A DNA stretch of 60,000 nt, counting the filler, from Hausera hauseri (lineage: Eukaryota), in NCBI GenBank assembly GCA_046269625.1. It is 12 parts of 12 records of this genome, joined end to end, with 100 filler letters (N's around TTAATTAATTAA, not from the genome) between each part and the next. Parts side by side here need not be neighbours in the genome. Positions count along the whole stretch, not along the records: positions 12,137 to 17,843 come from JBJURY010202415.1; positions 17,944 to 22,023 come from JBJURY010773759.1; positions 22,124 to 26,928 come from JBJURY010429252.1; 9 more parts are not named here. The stretch is one strand, 5' to 3'. The position numbers were made by a program, and so were the translations under genes. Shown piece by piece: positions 13,000-25,000 of this stretch. The notes beneath the pieces were generated by a model. It saw only the letters and a program-made list of their open reading frames with translations. It searched no databases and was not told where the DNA came from. The number at the start of each line of letters is the position of its first letter. Positions within the stretch are counted from its first letter, which is position 1.

Positions 13000-15900
13000 T
13001 ACAATTTTTATGTTGTTAAGCGAAATGTTCAATGGCGAACCCTATATCTTCCTTATTAATACATCAGAAAATACTCCTGACATCAAACTATTGCTTAAGG
13101 CAGGCGGAATTATCCCTATAGCCCATGACATCGCAGCCTTTCTCATGAATGAGAAGAAAACTACCACTAATCCTTCTACAGAAAAACCCCTTCAATCTTA
13201 CTGCAAGGGCACTAAATCCCGTTTCCTGTCTGATAAATAGAACAGACGATAATCCATATCATCCAATGACATTGATTAAGTCTTTTTCGTCGTCGTTAGA
13301 AATATTCAACTTTCTTGGACTACTATGGAAAGCTTCACTTTCCTACTGCCCGATGTCACTGATAGCACTTAAGCTTCTTATGAAAAACATCTGCAATTTA
13401 GAGATCATCTTCAGCACTTATTTCTGATGATCCCACTATATCTATTTCCATTTCCACGCCTCTCCCTCAAAAAGCTACTCGACCAACAGATTTAGACAAA
13501 TCCAATAACGAAATAGATGAAAGTCATTATATCTCTGAACTAGATTCCACGATCAATACCTTGGACAACTCCGTCCCTCGTATATACAAAGACTGCAGTA
13601 CTTGCCAATCAGCTCCTGAAAATCTTACATGGTTCTCCGATACTGACATGAACATTTTCGGTAATTAAATTGTGGAATTGCATCCAGACGCTCCATATTT
13701 TAGTTCAAATCATATGCCCTTCCTGTTTCCCTTTCCAGACGATGCAAATACAGACCTAGCCGGCTTTTCTGCTAATGAACTGGACCGTGCCTCTATTGCT
13801 AAGCATATATTTATCCATATTTTTCACTCCAATCATTAGATGCTGGGGTACATCTCGCGTGAGCTTATGTTCTTGAGCCACTTAGGAACCGTGAATTCAA
13901 ACTAATTGCTAAATATTTCATGAAGGGGCTTTTGGGAACTTTTGCATCTGTCTTCCGTATTGGCGACCTAACTTTCCAAAAATCCTTCCCTATTCCGTTT
14001 GATCGCCAACCGCCGTCAAATAAAAACGACTCCTGCCACTTTATTATCGGTTACATGCTGGGTTTCACCAATGGGTCCAGTATCATTTCCGTAAACACCA
14101 TGCACATTCGTGAAACCCTTGCTCACTTACGAGTCCAGGACACATATAGCTACTCTCACCTGGAACTCTCGGGTCATGGTCAATCAGATAATCTTACGTT
14201 AAACCACCTAGTACAAATTTAAAAAGTTCGAAGGTTTTATGGCACAAAATTCATGCTGCCTGCCGACATCTCCTCAAATCCCCTAGACCCACCTTCTTCA
14301 TCATACATCAATACTGTCATTCATCATGCAATTTCATATCATATAGGAGTCAAATTTGAGCAGAACGACATGTCTTCTTTGCCAGAACTCGATGAACCTT
14401 AACTCGAATGCTGAACATATCACTGAATTCCACAAACCAAACATGCGATACTCCGTGAAAAGCATTACAATCTCTAAAAAAGATTTAAGTAAGCAGTGAC
14501 TAAGTATGTGGCCTATGGAGCTCTACATATATCACCACTGTACTGGAAAAGCTCCTGGATAGCTCTATATCAACTCCATGAATGGTCCAGCCGCTTTATC
14601 TAGTAATGCAGAAGCATAATTTAAACACTTCCCCTTTGAAGAATTCCCCCACTGGCAGATATTAATCTGGCCTATAAATTTTAACCCGACTCATTGGATA
14701 CTTTTTGTTGCCCATCGCAATCTTCGCTTCTGCTCTATTATAGACCTTATTATAGTCCTTACTTCCTGACCACGATAATATCGTTCGAAAGCTTAAAACC
14801 CTCCTCCATCACTTTTCCTTCGTCTCACTGTCCGACGATCTTGGCTTTATAAGAGCAACTGACTATCCTCTTTAGTCCATCCCTGAAGTTGTGGATTCCT
14901 CGTCCTCCAATACGCTACTCACTTTTTGAGAAGCAATGACAGTCTTGTATTTCCAAATTGCAATTTCAAAGATTTAAAATCCGAAGTAAACAATTTAATA
15001 AAGTTCGAACTTAAAATTCAGTCTTCCATCCCTTCTAAATTTACTGTAACCCATCCTGCCTTAGAAGCGGCTCCTGATTTTCTTGGCCAGCTATCTACGG
15101 ACCCACCTTCCTACTAGATAAAACCCAGAGAACTGTTGCCTCTCTCTACCCGTCAAAAGAGAAGCGGCCCAGGCACCCTGCAGCGAACATCACACCGGCA
15201 CCTGACTTCAACGCATAGCGAGCTTAGAAACATAAACCCAAGAAAACCTTCCACACATTGGTCGATAAAGCCCAGAGAAGATATCATAAACCACTGTTCA
15301 TAAACTGAGTTCCATATCGAGGATCTCTCCTTCGCATTCATTAATCTGCCTCATATCCCTGTCCTTGTTACTTCCAACTCTATCACTTCTGAGATAATGA
15401 AAGAAGCCTTCCAGGACTTCTCAGATTCTACATCTGGATCTGACGGTAAAAAATACAAACACTGGAAGCTTCTTGACCCTCACCACACCTTTAATTTAGC
15501 TTGTTCAACCATATAATCACCATTCACTCAACGGCGCCAATCCTTAATCCCAAAAACAGGTAAAGAATTCACTCACCTGGTTTCCTCTTGGCGACCTATT
15601 ACAGTACTCAGCACAGCGTACCGATTATTTATAAGAATCCTCAACCAACGTTTCAATTTATGGCTCAAGGAAATTTACCTAATCTACACGTTGCAAAAAG
15701 GCATAGAAGAGGATAATGCGTGTGCTGAGCAAAACATACTTTTAACTTCACACCACAAAGAGACCTTACGAACCGAAACAGGATTTGCGGGTAGCCTTTC
15801 TTTCAGTACCGCATTCACTTCTTACTCATATCCTACAGAAAATGGGAATTTTGACCTCCTCTTGTTCTTTAATATCTTCACTGTACTTTAACTATTCTAC

Positions 15901-16750
15901 AATTAAATGAGGACATTCCCTACTGCGCCTGTATAGAAGAGTTAAGCAAGATTGTCCACTCTCAATGACTCTATTCTGCCTCACCATTAACTTTCTTTTA
16001 AGAGAAGCAATTACCTTCCTTAAAGATCCTGTCTTTCTTTACGGGCACCAGCTTAATGCGTTTTCTTACGCAAATGGTTTAGTCCTTATAGCTAAAACGG
16101 CGGAAGACCTTCAACACGTAGTCAATCACATAGGTGGACTTGCCAAAAAGGTCAATCTTATCTTTAATCCATCAAAGTGCGGCTACTGCTGTATGAAGCA
16201 AAGGATCCCAAATTGAACATATCAGTCTTAGAAAAGTCCATGCCCAATATTGACGAAGCGGGTTTCTATATGCACTTGGAGGTACCCTTTAGACACGTCA
16301 AACCCCTCATAACATGTTGAAGCAGGCTCTGGATGAGTGGTTAGTTACCTCATCTTCTGAATTGCATCCTGCGTAGAAGATACATGTCCATAAACTTTTT
16401 TATTCTCGCGTTTTGAGTTTCATTTTAGAATGAGATTTCTGCATGACCAGGTCCCTTCGCGCACTAAAAGGGTCAAAATCGACCACTTCGACAAATCCTT
16501 CTATAACTCACTAAGATCATTTCCCTTTGTGGGCGCGGTTAACTCTGGTCTAAACCTTATTTCCTCCACCGATAACTACACCCTATGCGCGATCGTCCAG
16601 GACTTTCAATACCTTAACAGCCCAGATGATATGATTTGAAAAGTAGCGAAGGCATCTATATTAGCTGAGGTCAGCTACAGGTTGAGAACCAAAAATCTAT
16701 CATATATTGACGCCCTTATGTGGCTGAGAAACTTCATTTAGACTGTCACC
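13000..16750 (+). mobile_element. Degraded non-LTR retrotransposon, R2/NeSL/R4-like
   Basis: RT-region motifs GSDG..Y.HWK, SSWRPITVLSTAYRLF, LQKG..CAEQN, VKQDCPLS, AFSYANGLVLIA (YADD equivalent) and FNPSKC at 15430-16200. The 5' boundary is approximate. Confidence 0.75.
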
Positions 16751-17224
16751 AATCATTGCGAGACATGATGGGTGAAGATCTAACTGCTCAACCATTTGCT
16801 GCCTATATATACACTTTTGACAGTGCATATCTTCTTATTTCATATTGTATTTCTTTTTTCTGCATTCCAGTTTTTCTTTTGCACTTTCTATACATGACTC
16901 CTTGACGCTCTCTGCCATTTCATTTCTCTTGATCCACCTTCCAGCTCTGCTATAAATCTGTTTGATAAAGCGTCTGTAAATTCTTGCCAGAACTTTCTCA
17001 AGTATTGTAGCTTTCCTTGCCAACCTGAGTGGATTTACTTGTTTCCGTTACTGTATGCGCATTCCATATTTTTTTCATAAATTTCCCCGTAGTCGCATTC
17101 GCATTTAGTTCGTTTTTCGCACTATTGGTTTCTTTAACAGTTATATTTTTTTGAAGAGAGTAACGTCGTCAACCTCAAGTCTAACCATCTTCCTCCATAC
17201 GGGCTTGAGACCGGCAGGATTACC

Positions 17225-17485
17225 TGTTGGTGACCTGGGCGGAAAGATGAGGTGAAAGTGGATAGGAGACACATTACACAGGGAGAAAACAGTACCAGAC
17301 ACGTTTTACCATGTAACCACTAAGAACTGATGAGAGTCAGGACACCCAGAACAGCCTTGAGAAGGTCCATAGACAAAGAAATTAATGCAACAAAGAGATC
17401 ATGGCGCCTTATAAAGATAAATGCATTAGATCGGAAATGGAATTCTGCAATGTGACACCAATGGAACGAACGGGACTTAGTAGTA
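17225..17485 (+). mobile_element. RTE-clade LINE 3' end relic
   Basis: R*KWIGDTLHR..PRTALRRSIDKE..W..ALDRKW followed by a TAG/TAA repeat tail. Confidence 0.5.
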
Positions 17486-18397
17486 ATAATGTGTTACCAA
17501 CTAACGAAGCAAACATTTGACACTAAGCGCAGGTTAAAAAAACAAAAAAAAAGGTATAGCAACCAAATAGCAGCAGTGCTATATCGAGCTAACTCATTTC
17601 CATGACAGTGATAAAGAAATATTACTCTGAAAAGTCACCACATTCTTTATAAGCGGTTTGCTAGTTATTTTATGTTATGTTAATGAGCCATCCTCACTGC
17701 ATATCACATTAACTCTATAAGTGTTCCAAACTCATGGCTAATGGCAACAGGGGTAGGAAATATGCTGCAATCAGATAATATTGTTAGTACTGAAGAAAGA
17801 AAAACGACGATATAAACATATTCAAGCAACAACAAAAAAAATGNNNNNNNNNNNNNNNNNNNNNNNNNNNNNNNNNNNNNNNNNNNNTTAATTAATTAAN
17901 NNNNNNNNNNNNNNNNNNNNNNNNNNNNNNNNNNNNNNNNNNNAATCAGAAAGAATTAAGGCACTGGCTAGGACTTTGTGGATATTACGCAACTTATGTG
18001 CCAGATAACTCGAAAATCAATGTCTCTTTATATCGCTTACTTAAAAAGGGAATCAAGTGGAAATGGACAGACGTCGAACAGAAAGCCTTCGACGAAATGA
18101 AGAAAATTTTAACAAGTGAACCTGCTTTGCGATATCCAGATTTTAACTTATCTTTCATAATTAAGACCGACGCCAGCTACCGTCATACGTATACTGTCGA
18201 CAGTAGTGGCTAAGGACCAAAAAGATTGAGACGCATTCTTGGAAAAAACTCAATTTGCAATTAATACCACACCAAACCCAGCGACAGGATTCACACCATT
18301 TTTCATGATGTATGGACGTGAAGCCGTGCTACCCACGGACTTAGGAATGGTGCCATACGCAGTTAATACCGAGGACTTATAACAGAATTTTGCAGAA

Positions 18398-20041
18398 ATG
18401 TTACAAACGCGATTGCAAAAGTGTTGGGAAATCGCTAAGGAATTATCCCGAGAATATCAAGAACAGTTCAAGACGCAATATGATAAGAGAGCAAAACCGC
18501 ATGATATAGAACAAGGAAATTGGGTTTATGTGCATTATCCAGTAGCCAAAAAAGGCACCTCGCTGAAATTAACTCGCACGGGTAGAGGACCCTATGCAGT
18601 CACCCGAGTGACGCCGACTACAGTATATATCAACAAGAATGGAAAAGAAGAAGTTGTATCAGTACAGAGGGTTGTCAAGACGGAAATACGACCCAATAAA
18701 CGTTACAGTTTACGCCAGCGAAAGATAAAAACTTCTTCAATAGTTACTAGATCGATATCTTATGTACAAATAGTATTAGCCTTGTCATTAATTGTTTCGT
18801 ATATACCTACAGTGAAAGCAAGCGCCAAACAAAAGGATATCCGGAATTTACAGACACTCAGAATACGGGACATGGATTGGAGAAAGCCATGTGCATGGTT
18901 CGAATCAGATCGTCCTATTCAGAGACACATAGGATTTCAGATAACATTTATAACGACTGGAAATGAAATGAGTGTATTCGATTTTCCATACGGACACCAT
19001 AGGAGATGCTGTAACCTAGAATTCGGGAAAGTCTATAAATATAGCTTCCAGCCATTTTATTTATATAAGTTTGGAGCTCAAGCCGACATAGCCTCAGAGC
19101 TCACAATACAAATGCCACAGCAAAAGGACACTAATCAGGAAAAGACGAACGAGATAATTCGAAGCACTGATCCGATCAACAGACTCTTAGATGATAATAT
19201 TATTGGAATTCACGAGGATTTGAGAAACCAATGCATTCGGATTAAGACCAAATTTGGATTACCGGAAGACAAGGAAATCTTAGTCCAGTTTACGCCATTT
19301 AACACTTCTATTCCTAGACCGGCGTATTGTTCGTTGGCAAAGCGACGTCCCACCGTATGCTGTGTAATACAATTTGGACAAATGTACCAACTACAATTTG
19401 ATTTGTACGATACTTATCCATGTGAACGAAGTGTTTTCTTAAGAGGATATCGCCCAAAGAACGGAATATGGGAACTTCCACTTCCCACCACTACGAGAAA
19501 ACCATCCACGACGCCGAGTACAACTCGCAGTATTACGATTATCACTACGAACGAAATGTTAGGAAGTATACCGGTCAAAATCCTAACGAAGGGCGACAGA
19601 ATTCTATTCTACGCTGAAGAAACTTTAAATAAAGACGTCAAAATTGAGTGTCGCACCTTGCATACTAACCCAGTTGTGATTTTGAAAAAGAATAGTTTGG
19701 GAACGGTGTACAAATCGTTACGACCACAACATGAGCATATAATCAGAATGACCGCGGAGGGTAAGAACCCTAAAACCTTTACAGTACGAAATCTTGGTAG
19801 TAAAATTGTAGTAATGTCGTATAATGATATTAGTACTCGAAACGTGTTCACGACGCAAAGTTCTACTGAACCGAGTAATTTACCAATAATAAATATATTT
19901 GGTGTGTCAATTTCCGTTCTTGTCATAATAACAGCGATGACTGTTCTAGTCTCCAAAAATTGTAATAAACGCGGTAAAAATCGAAAGGGAGATAATTGGG
20001 AAAAAGGCAACCTAGACGGACTTTATGATAGCATAACCTGA
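18398..20041 (+). CDS. Integrase C-terminus fused in frame to signal peptide, three FN3-like modules, Thr-rich stalk, TM and a short Tyr-motif tail
   Basis: Hydrophobic SISYVQIVLALSLIVSYIPTVKAS from 18752; CCNLEFGKVYKYSF / CCVIQFGQMYQLQF / KSLRPQHEHIIRMTA; PTTTRKPSTTPSTT; TM IINIFGVSISVLVIITAMTVLVS; tail ends LYDSIT. The FN3 call is by motif only. Confidence 0.75.
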   Translation: MLQTRLQKCWEIAKELSREYQEQFKTQYDKRAKPHDIEQGNWVYVHYPVAKKGTSLKLTRTGRGPYAVTRVTPTTVYINKNGKEEVVSVQRVVKTEIRPNKRYSLRQRKIKTSSIVTRSISYVQIVLALSLIVSYIPTVKASAKQKDIRNLQTLRIRDMDWRKPCAWFESDRPIQRHIGFQITFITTGNEMSVFDFPYGHHRRCCNLEFGKVYKYSFQPFYLYKFGAQADIASELTIQMPQQKDTNQEKTNEIIRSTDPINRLLDDNIIGIHEDLRNQCIRIKTKFGLPEDKEILVQFTPFNTSIPRPAYCSLAKRRPTVCCVIQFGQMYQLQFDLYDTYPCERSVFLRGYRPKNGIWELPLPTTTRKPSTTPSTTRSITIITTNEMLGSIPVKILTKGDRILFYAEETLNKDVKIECRTLHTNPVVILKKNSLGTVYKSLRPQHEHIIRMTAEGKNPKTFTVRNLGSKIVVMSYNDISTRNVFTTQSSTEPSNLPIINIFGVSISVLVIITAMTVLVSKNCNKRGKNRKGDNWEKGNLDGLYDSIT

Positions 20042-20146
20042 CAATTACAGATCGGGTTATCCTATCATCAGACAGATAAAATGTTTTGTTTCAAAACGAT
20101 GATCTGTCTTAGGATTAACCTTTATTTTTATTTCAGCAGAGTAAGT

Positions 20147-22023
20147 ATGGCCGAGAAGGTGAAGAATTCCTCAAACAGTTCCAGTTTTGACATTGACAGT
20201 TTCTTGCAACAGCATGTTACGGTCCTAAAACCGTTATCCAAAAGCCTATACCGACAAATCGGGGAAAACCTGAAAAATACTAATTACCGAGAATTCACCA
20301 AAGAGAGCGAAATACCAAACGGGCTAAAATGGGGTCTAGAAGAGAACAGACTGGTCCGATTATGCGCTATGAGAAATCCCAAGGATGTACGAGTGTATCA
20401 CTTGAGGGACCTAATTCCTTATGAGCCAACACATCAGCAATTGTATATACATGTCGCTGATGGAGAAATTCAGTACAGGATTGTGGGACAATCCTGGAGT
20501 ACACAAAAGTGACAACAGTGGAAGTTTAGTACATATGAGCTGTGCTGTTTTAGCCTCATGAACTATGCGCTAGAGTTCAGAATTGCAGACATTCCCACTA
20601 AAATTATGATTGAGATGACATGGAGAACTGAGTTTATAAAGCCATTACCCCCGCTAATCTATATACAGAAACCTTCGCAAGATGATATTGAGCAGAACGG
20701 AGAATCATATAGAGTAGTCCCAGATGGACGGAATACCCGAATAATGGCAGTAAATTATTGAAAAAAAGATGATGGATGGTACTTTTCGATTGAAATCTCC
20801 ATTAGGAACACGAACGGAGAAGAGGTCCTGAACAAGATAATTGCGCCTCGGATTAGAATCAAAGACACTTTCCCAGACGTTACGGGAATTACTAAGCCTC
20901 AACTGGAGAAAGGAAAAGATTTTCTGGAGATACAAGAAGATATCAGCCACTGTCTTTATGGATACGTTGTTACTGGATTTCGAGTCCACGAGGCACTAGA
21001 ACGATTAGGAGTTAGACAGGAGTATATAGCCGGAATCCGAGAAATAAGCCGAAACCCTGCTGTCGTAAGTCAAGTGGAAAACACCTTAATGCGGAAAAGA
21101 GGATGTTTGCTTCCCGCATCAGCATCAGTCGAATAACAGTTTAAAATGATACTTGAAGCCATGAGTGGCGAGGGATTTAAATTTCCAAAATTAATGACAG
21201 CGAGTCAACGAACTAGCTACATCAAAAATGTCTATGACCATTTACGATGGGATCACGAATGGAAACCCAGAGAATCCATACAGAATGCAATATCCGACAA
21301 TAATCCTAAACTATTGATACAAAAATTCCGAAAAGGATTTAGTGACTACCCAAGTTATAGGCAAGTCGAACCTCAAAGACCGAACCACATGAAGGTAACC
21401 ATCCAGAACCAACGAAAACCCTCCACTAGTAAAAATTACGATGAATCAATACCGAAATCGGATGTTATAGAAAACCTAAAGGGCAGAAGACGAAAACTTC
21501 CTTCCTGGATTATATTCACAAAAAGAGGAGCAAAACCAGCAATGGACAAACAGACGAGAAGAGACCAATGATACATAACCAGATGTCAGAAGGACCCTCG
21601 AACAATCAAAAGGAAACATAGAATCAAGAGAAAGAGGAAAAGAAAGTGAAAAACCGTTAGTAATCAAGAAAGCCCAATCACTTAGATCAGAAGTTAATGT
21701 TCTTAGAAAAAGATGGGACAAGGATATTCCAATTGTAGTTACAGAATTTGGTGAAGTAAAAGAGTACAAGAAAATTTTGGTTATGGCTGAATATTACAGT
21801 AAACGAAAGATCAAAGAGGCTGTATTTTATGTGTCCACTGTTCCCCGAAGAATAGTGAGTGGAAACGGATATGCTAAAGAGGATTATACTATAGGCCGAT
21901 ACGTAGCCCCAATATTTCAATCAAAAAGCGGCACTAATAGGTTAACCATTCCTGTGGATACCCAAGTCAGAATTCAATTAAAGAGACTGTATAAAAGAAC
22001 CGGAATACCCGATCTGGACAAAC
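20147..22023 (+). pseudogene. Large unknown accessory ORF of the gypsy element (>600 codons), interrupted and running off the contig
   Basis: ORFs 20081/20147, 20558 and 21146 are in one frame, broken only by single stops (TGA 20510, TGA 20759, TAA about 21134). A frameshift near 21570 leads into the frame of ORF 21777. Confidence 0.6.
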
Positions 22024-25000
22024 NNNNNNNNNNNNNNNNNNNNNNNNNNNNNNNNNNNNNNNNNNNNTTAATTAATTAANNNNNNNNNNNNNNNNNNNNN
22101 NNNNNNNNNNNNNNNNNNNNNNNCATGTAAGTTTAGAAAAAAAAACTTTTTAAGACTCTGAACTGTGAAAAACATTGATCCAACTGAAAAACGTTTTAAT
22201 GTTTAAAAACTAAACTTTTTGATTTTAAGAGCCATTTATTCAAAGGAGTTGAAAACTTAATGCAAAATGTGTAATTTTTTTAGTTTGACTTATTTCTGTG
22301 AATAATAGTTTGTTAGTGTGTTAAAGAATAGGATAAATAACAACATCTGTATGTTATATATCTTATTACGTGCTGCATTTTGATTGGCTGCTGAATTTGT
22401 AATATAAAGTCATGAAAGGCATCAGCAGGGCAGAAGTCTTGCACCCGAGAGTAACTCAGTCTTTAGACGTCACTTTCCTTTTGTTTTGAATATGTTTGTT
22501 TTGTTTCCATTGAAGTTCAGTAAAGTCACAAAACTAAATGACTGGATTCAAGACTTATTCTGAAGAAACGTGTCGCGTCAGAAAGAACTTTTTGGGTGTT
22601 GAACTAGTGAGGGCTGGTGGCACTCACATTAATTATTGAAGTTTATTCAGTAATAATAAATAATAACTGTTAGTTTCAGCTCTGCTTTTATTGTGAAAGT
22701 CATGACTTTAACTATGAGCTGAACATCAAGTGTGTCAGAGTTTCCAAGTAAATGACACAAAGTTTAATATTTGATGTTCAATGAAAGACCAGAAGAAGAA
22801 AACAGAGATTGTCATGAAGCTCCTCAGTGGATCAGTAAAATATCAGCCTTATGTCGACACTTTAGTGTCACCACAACTTTCACATCACATTCATCTCAGC
22901 ACTAAACTAAATAAACACCTAGCATTCCTTGAAGGAATGCATATCACCCGCCACCTTTCATTACAGGAACAACACTTAGACTGGACTCTGATCAGACTTT
23001 TTAACAGACATTGGACCTTCTTCAAAACAAACTTCAGAATTTATCACATCTATTTTCCTGTTAGGTGTGAGAGTTGAAACTCTTTAACTTTTATAAATAT
23101 AGATTTCATAAATGACAAACTGTGTTTTCATGTATTTGTATTTAGTTCAGAATAGTTTAGATAAAGTTTGACAAGTAAAAGTATTTTAGATTTGAACCAG
23201 AGCTGACTGAAAATGGACCAGATTGTATGAAATAACCCTTTAGCTAGCAGCTGGAATCAGAAGCTAACTTCAGGTGGTCCTGTGGTGAGACCAGGTTTTT
23301 CTTCAGTCCTGTCGTCTCCTCTGAGACAGATTATTTTATTGTTTGTGGAAAACGATGCATGTTGCTCAGAGTTCATTTATCACAGCCAATGGATGTCTCT
23401 GAACAGAGTTTAAACTACTTTCTCCTCACACTGACATTTAGGAATGGATCTTTGTTGAGCTCTTGCTGACGACGTCTGGTTTAAAAAATATACAAAAAAC
23501 TGGTAATTATTTATTTTTTATTGTCACAGATTTGATTATTTTATTTATCTAATCATGAAAACAAAATTAAACCATTTTAAATAGCTGTTTATCTTTTTGA
23601 AGTTCTAATATTTCAAATAAATATTTTGTATTTAAACTACGAATGAAATAAATAAAATAGTTATTTTTTGTTTCAAATGCTCGTTCCTGATGAGAAAGTC
23701 CAATTATCAAAACCAACATGAAGCCATTTAAAAGTCTACATGTTGGGCTCATGTTCAGGAAAAAGTTGCATTAAATATATCCATCAATGTATTAAAATAA
23801 AAGATATAAAATCTAAAAGCTGTAGTTTCAGAACTCTGCTCTTTTTTCTTGCATGGTGTTTTTCTAAATCCAGATGTTTCTTTGTGCTGCACTGATGTTT
23901 CTTTGTGTGACTGAAGACAGTCTACGATCCTCTGAACAGAAGAGAACATCATGGTGTGCTGCTTTCTTTCAGGCTTCACTACAAGTTTAGTTCAAGGTCC
24001 GTGGGAAATTTGACAACACAGAACCAGTGAAGTCTGAATGTTTCTGACAGATTGATTCTGACAAACGAGGAGACAGGAAACCTTCAAATGAACAAGCAAA
24101 AGAGAAAAATATCCCCCGCTGCCTTTCATGTCAGAGTTTTACATTCAAATCATCTGATGTTGAGAAATGACAAAGTTTGAGTCATTTTTGTGTTTGTTAA
24201 GATTATTTAGATGTGGAGGCCAACTCAATATGAACAGGCATCAAAAGTTATTAATTAGATATACATCAATCAATAATGTTTACACACTGCGCTGTTGACA
24301 TGAATTACCATGTTCAGGTCTCCACAGCGTTGCGGATATCAAATGTGAGTGTTGCCGGACGGTGTTGGGTTGGAAATACGAACAGGCATTTGAACCCAGT
24401 CAGAAATACAAAGAAGGAAAGTTTATCATTGAAGTTGCCCACCTCATTAAAGACACGAATTGGGATGACATTCAGCCTTCGTCGAGTTTCCAATGTAGCT
24501 CGCCGACGTTTTCATCTCCATCGTCTTCATCTCCCTTGTCTCCAACATTTAGCGGTTTGCTTGAGAATGACATAAACAGTGGTGATAACACGACTGATAC
24601 CAACGCTCCAAATATGCCTTCTCCCGGACAGTCTGTTTAGTTTCATTTTTTTTCTTTCCAAAGCACTCTTTCTCGTTTTTTTTTCTAATTTCGAACAAAT
24701 CGACTTATGCTGCAAAATCCACTGAGAAAAAAGTATATGGACCGAACAAAAAACTGGAGTGTATAAGAAACTATTTGTTTATTTGACCATTTTTAATGAC
24801 TGAAATGTGAATATCCCATTTTATTTTTTTTGTTCTGTTCAGTTAAGTTCACAAAATCGACGAACTACCTCTGTACGATACGTTTATTTGTCGGTCTGTC
24901 TCTTTATTTTTTGTGTATTTGTTTTTTTGGACCATTGGATTTATTATCAAAATATAGAGGTAGTATTGCGTAATGTATTTGTTTTACGTACCCAACTCAA

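Larger units (their letters stand above)
17944..22023 (+). mobile_element. Ty3/gypsy LTR retrotransposon 3' region, internally deleted, with extra cargo ORFs
   Basis: RT thumb/connection QKELRHWLGLCGYY..WTDVEQKAFDEMKKILTSEPALRYPDF..IKTDAS (17944-18177) is joined directly to late integrase KD*DAFL..FAINTTPNPATGFTPFFMMYGRE, then the GPY/F motif RGPYAV and KRYSLR. Confidence 0.92.

Noticed and set aside
6775-21571. TGA at expected Trp positions (6775, 18227, possibly 20759), suggesting UGA=Trp recoding
   Set aside because: The same ORFs use TGG for Trp, TAA/TAG lesions and frameshifts also occur, and the kinase gene ends in TGA. Ordinary G-to-A decay explains it.
22124-24230. Segment that reads like vertebrate (fish-like) non-coding DNA, possibly contamination
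   Set aside because: Impression from composition only; no diagnostic gene or repeat could be identified.
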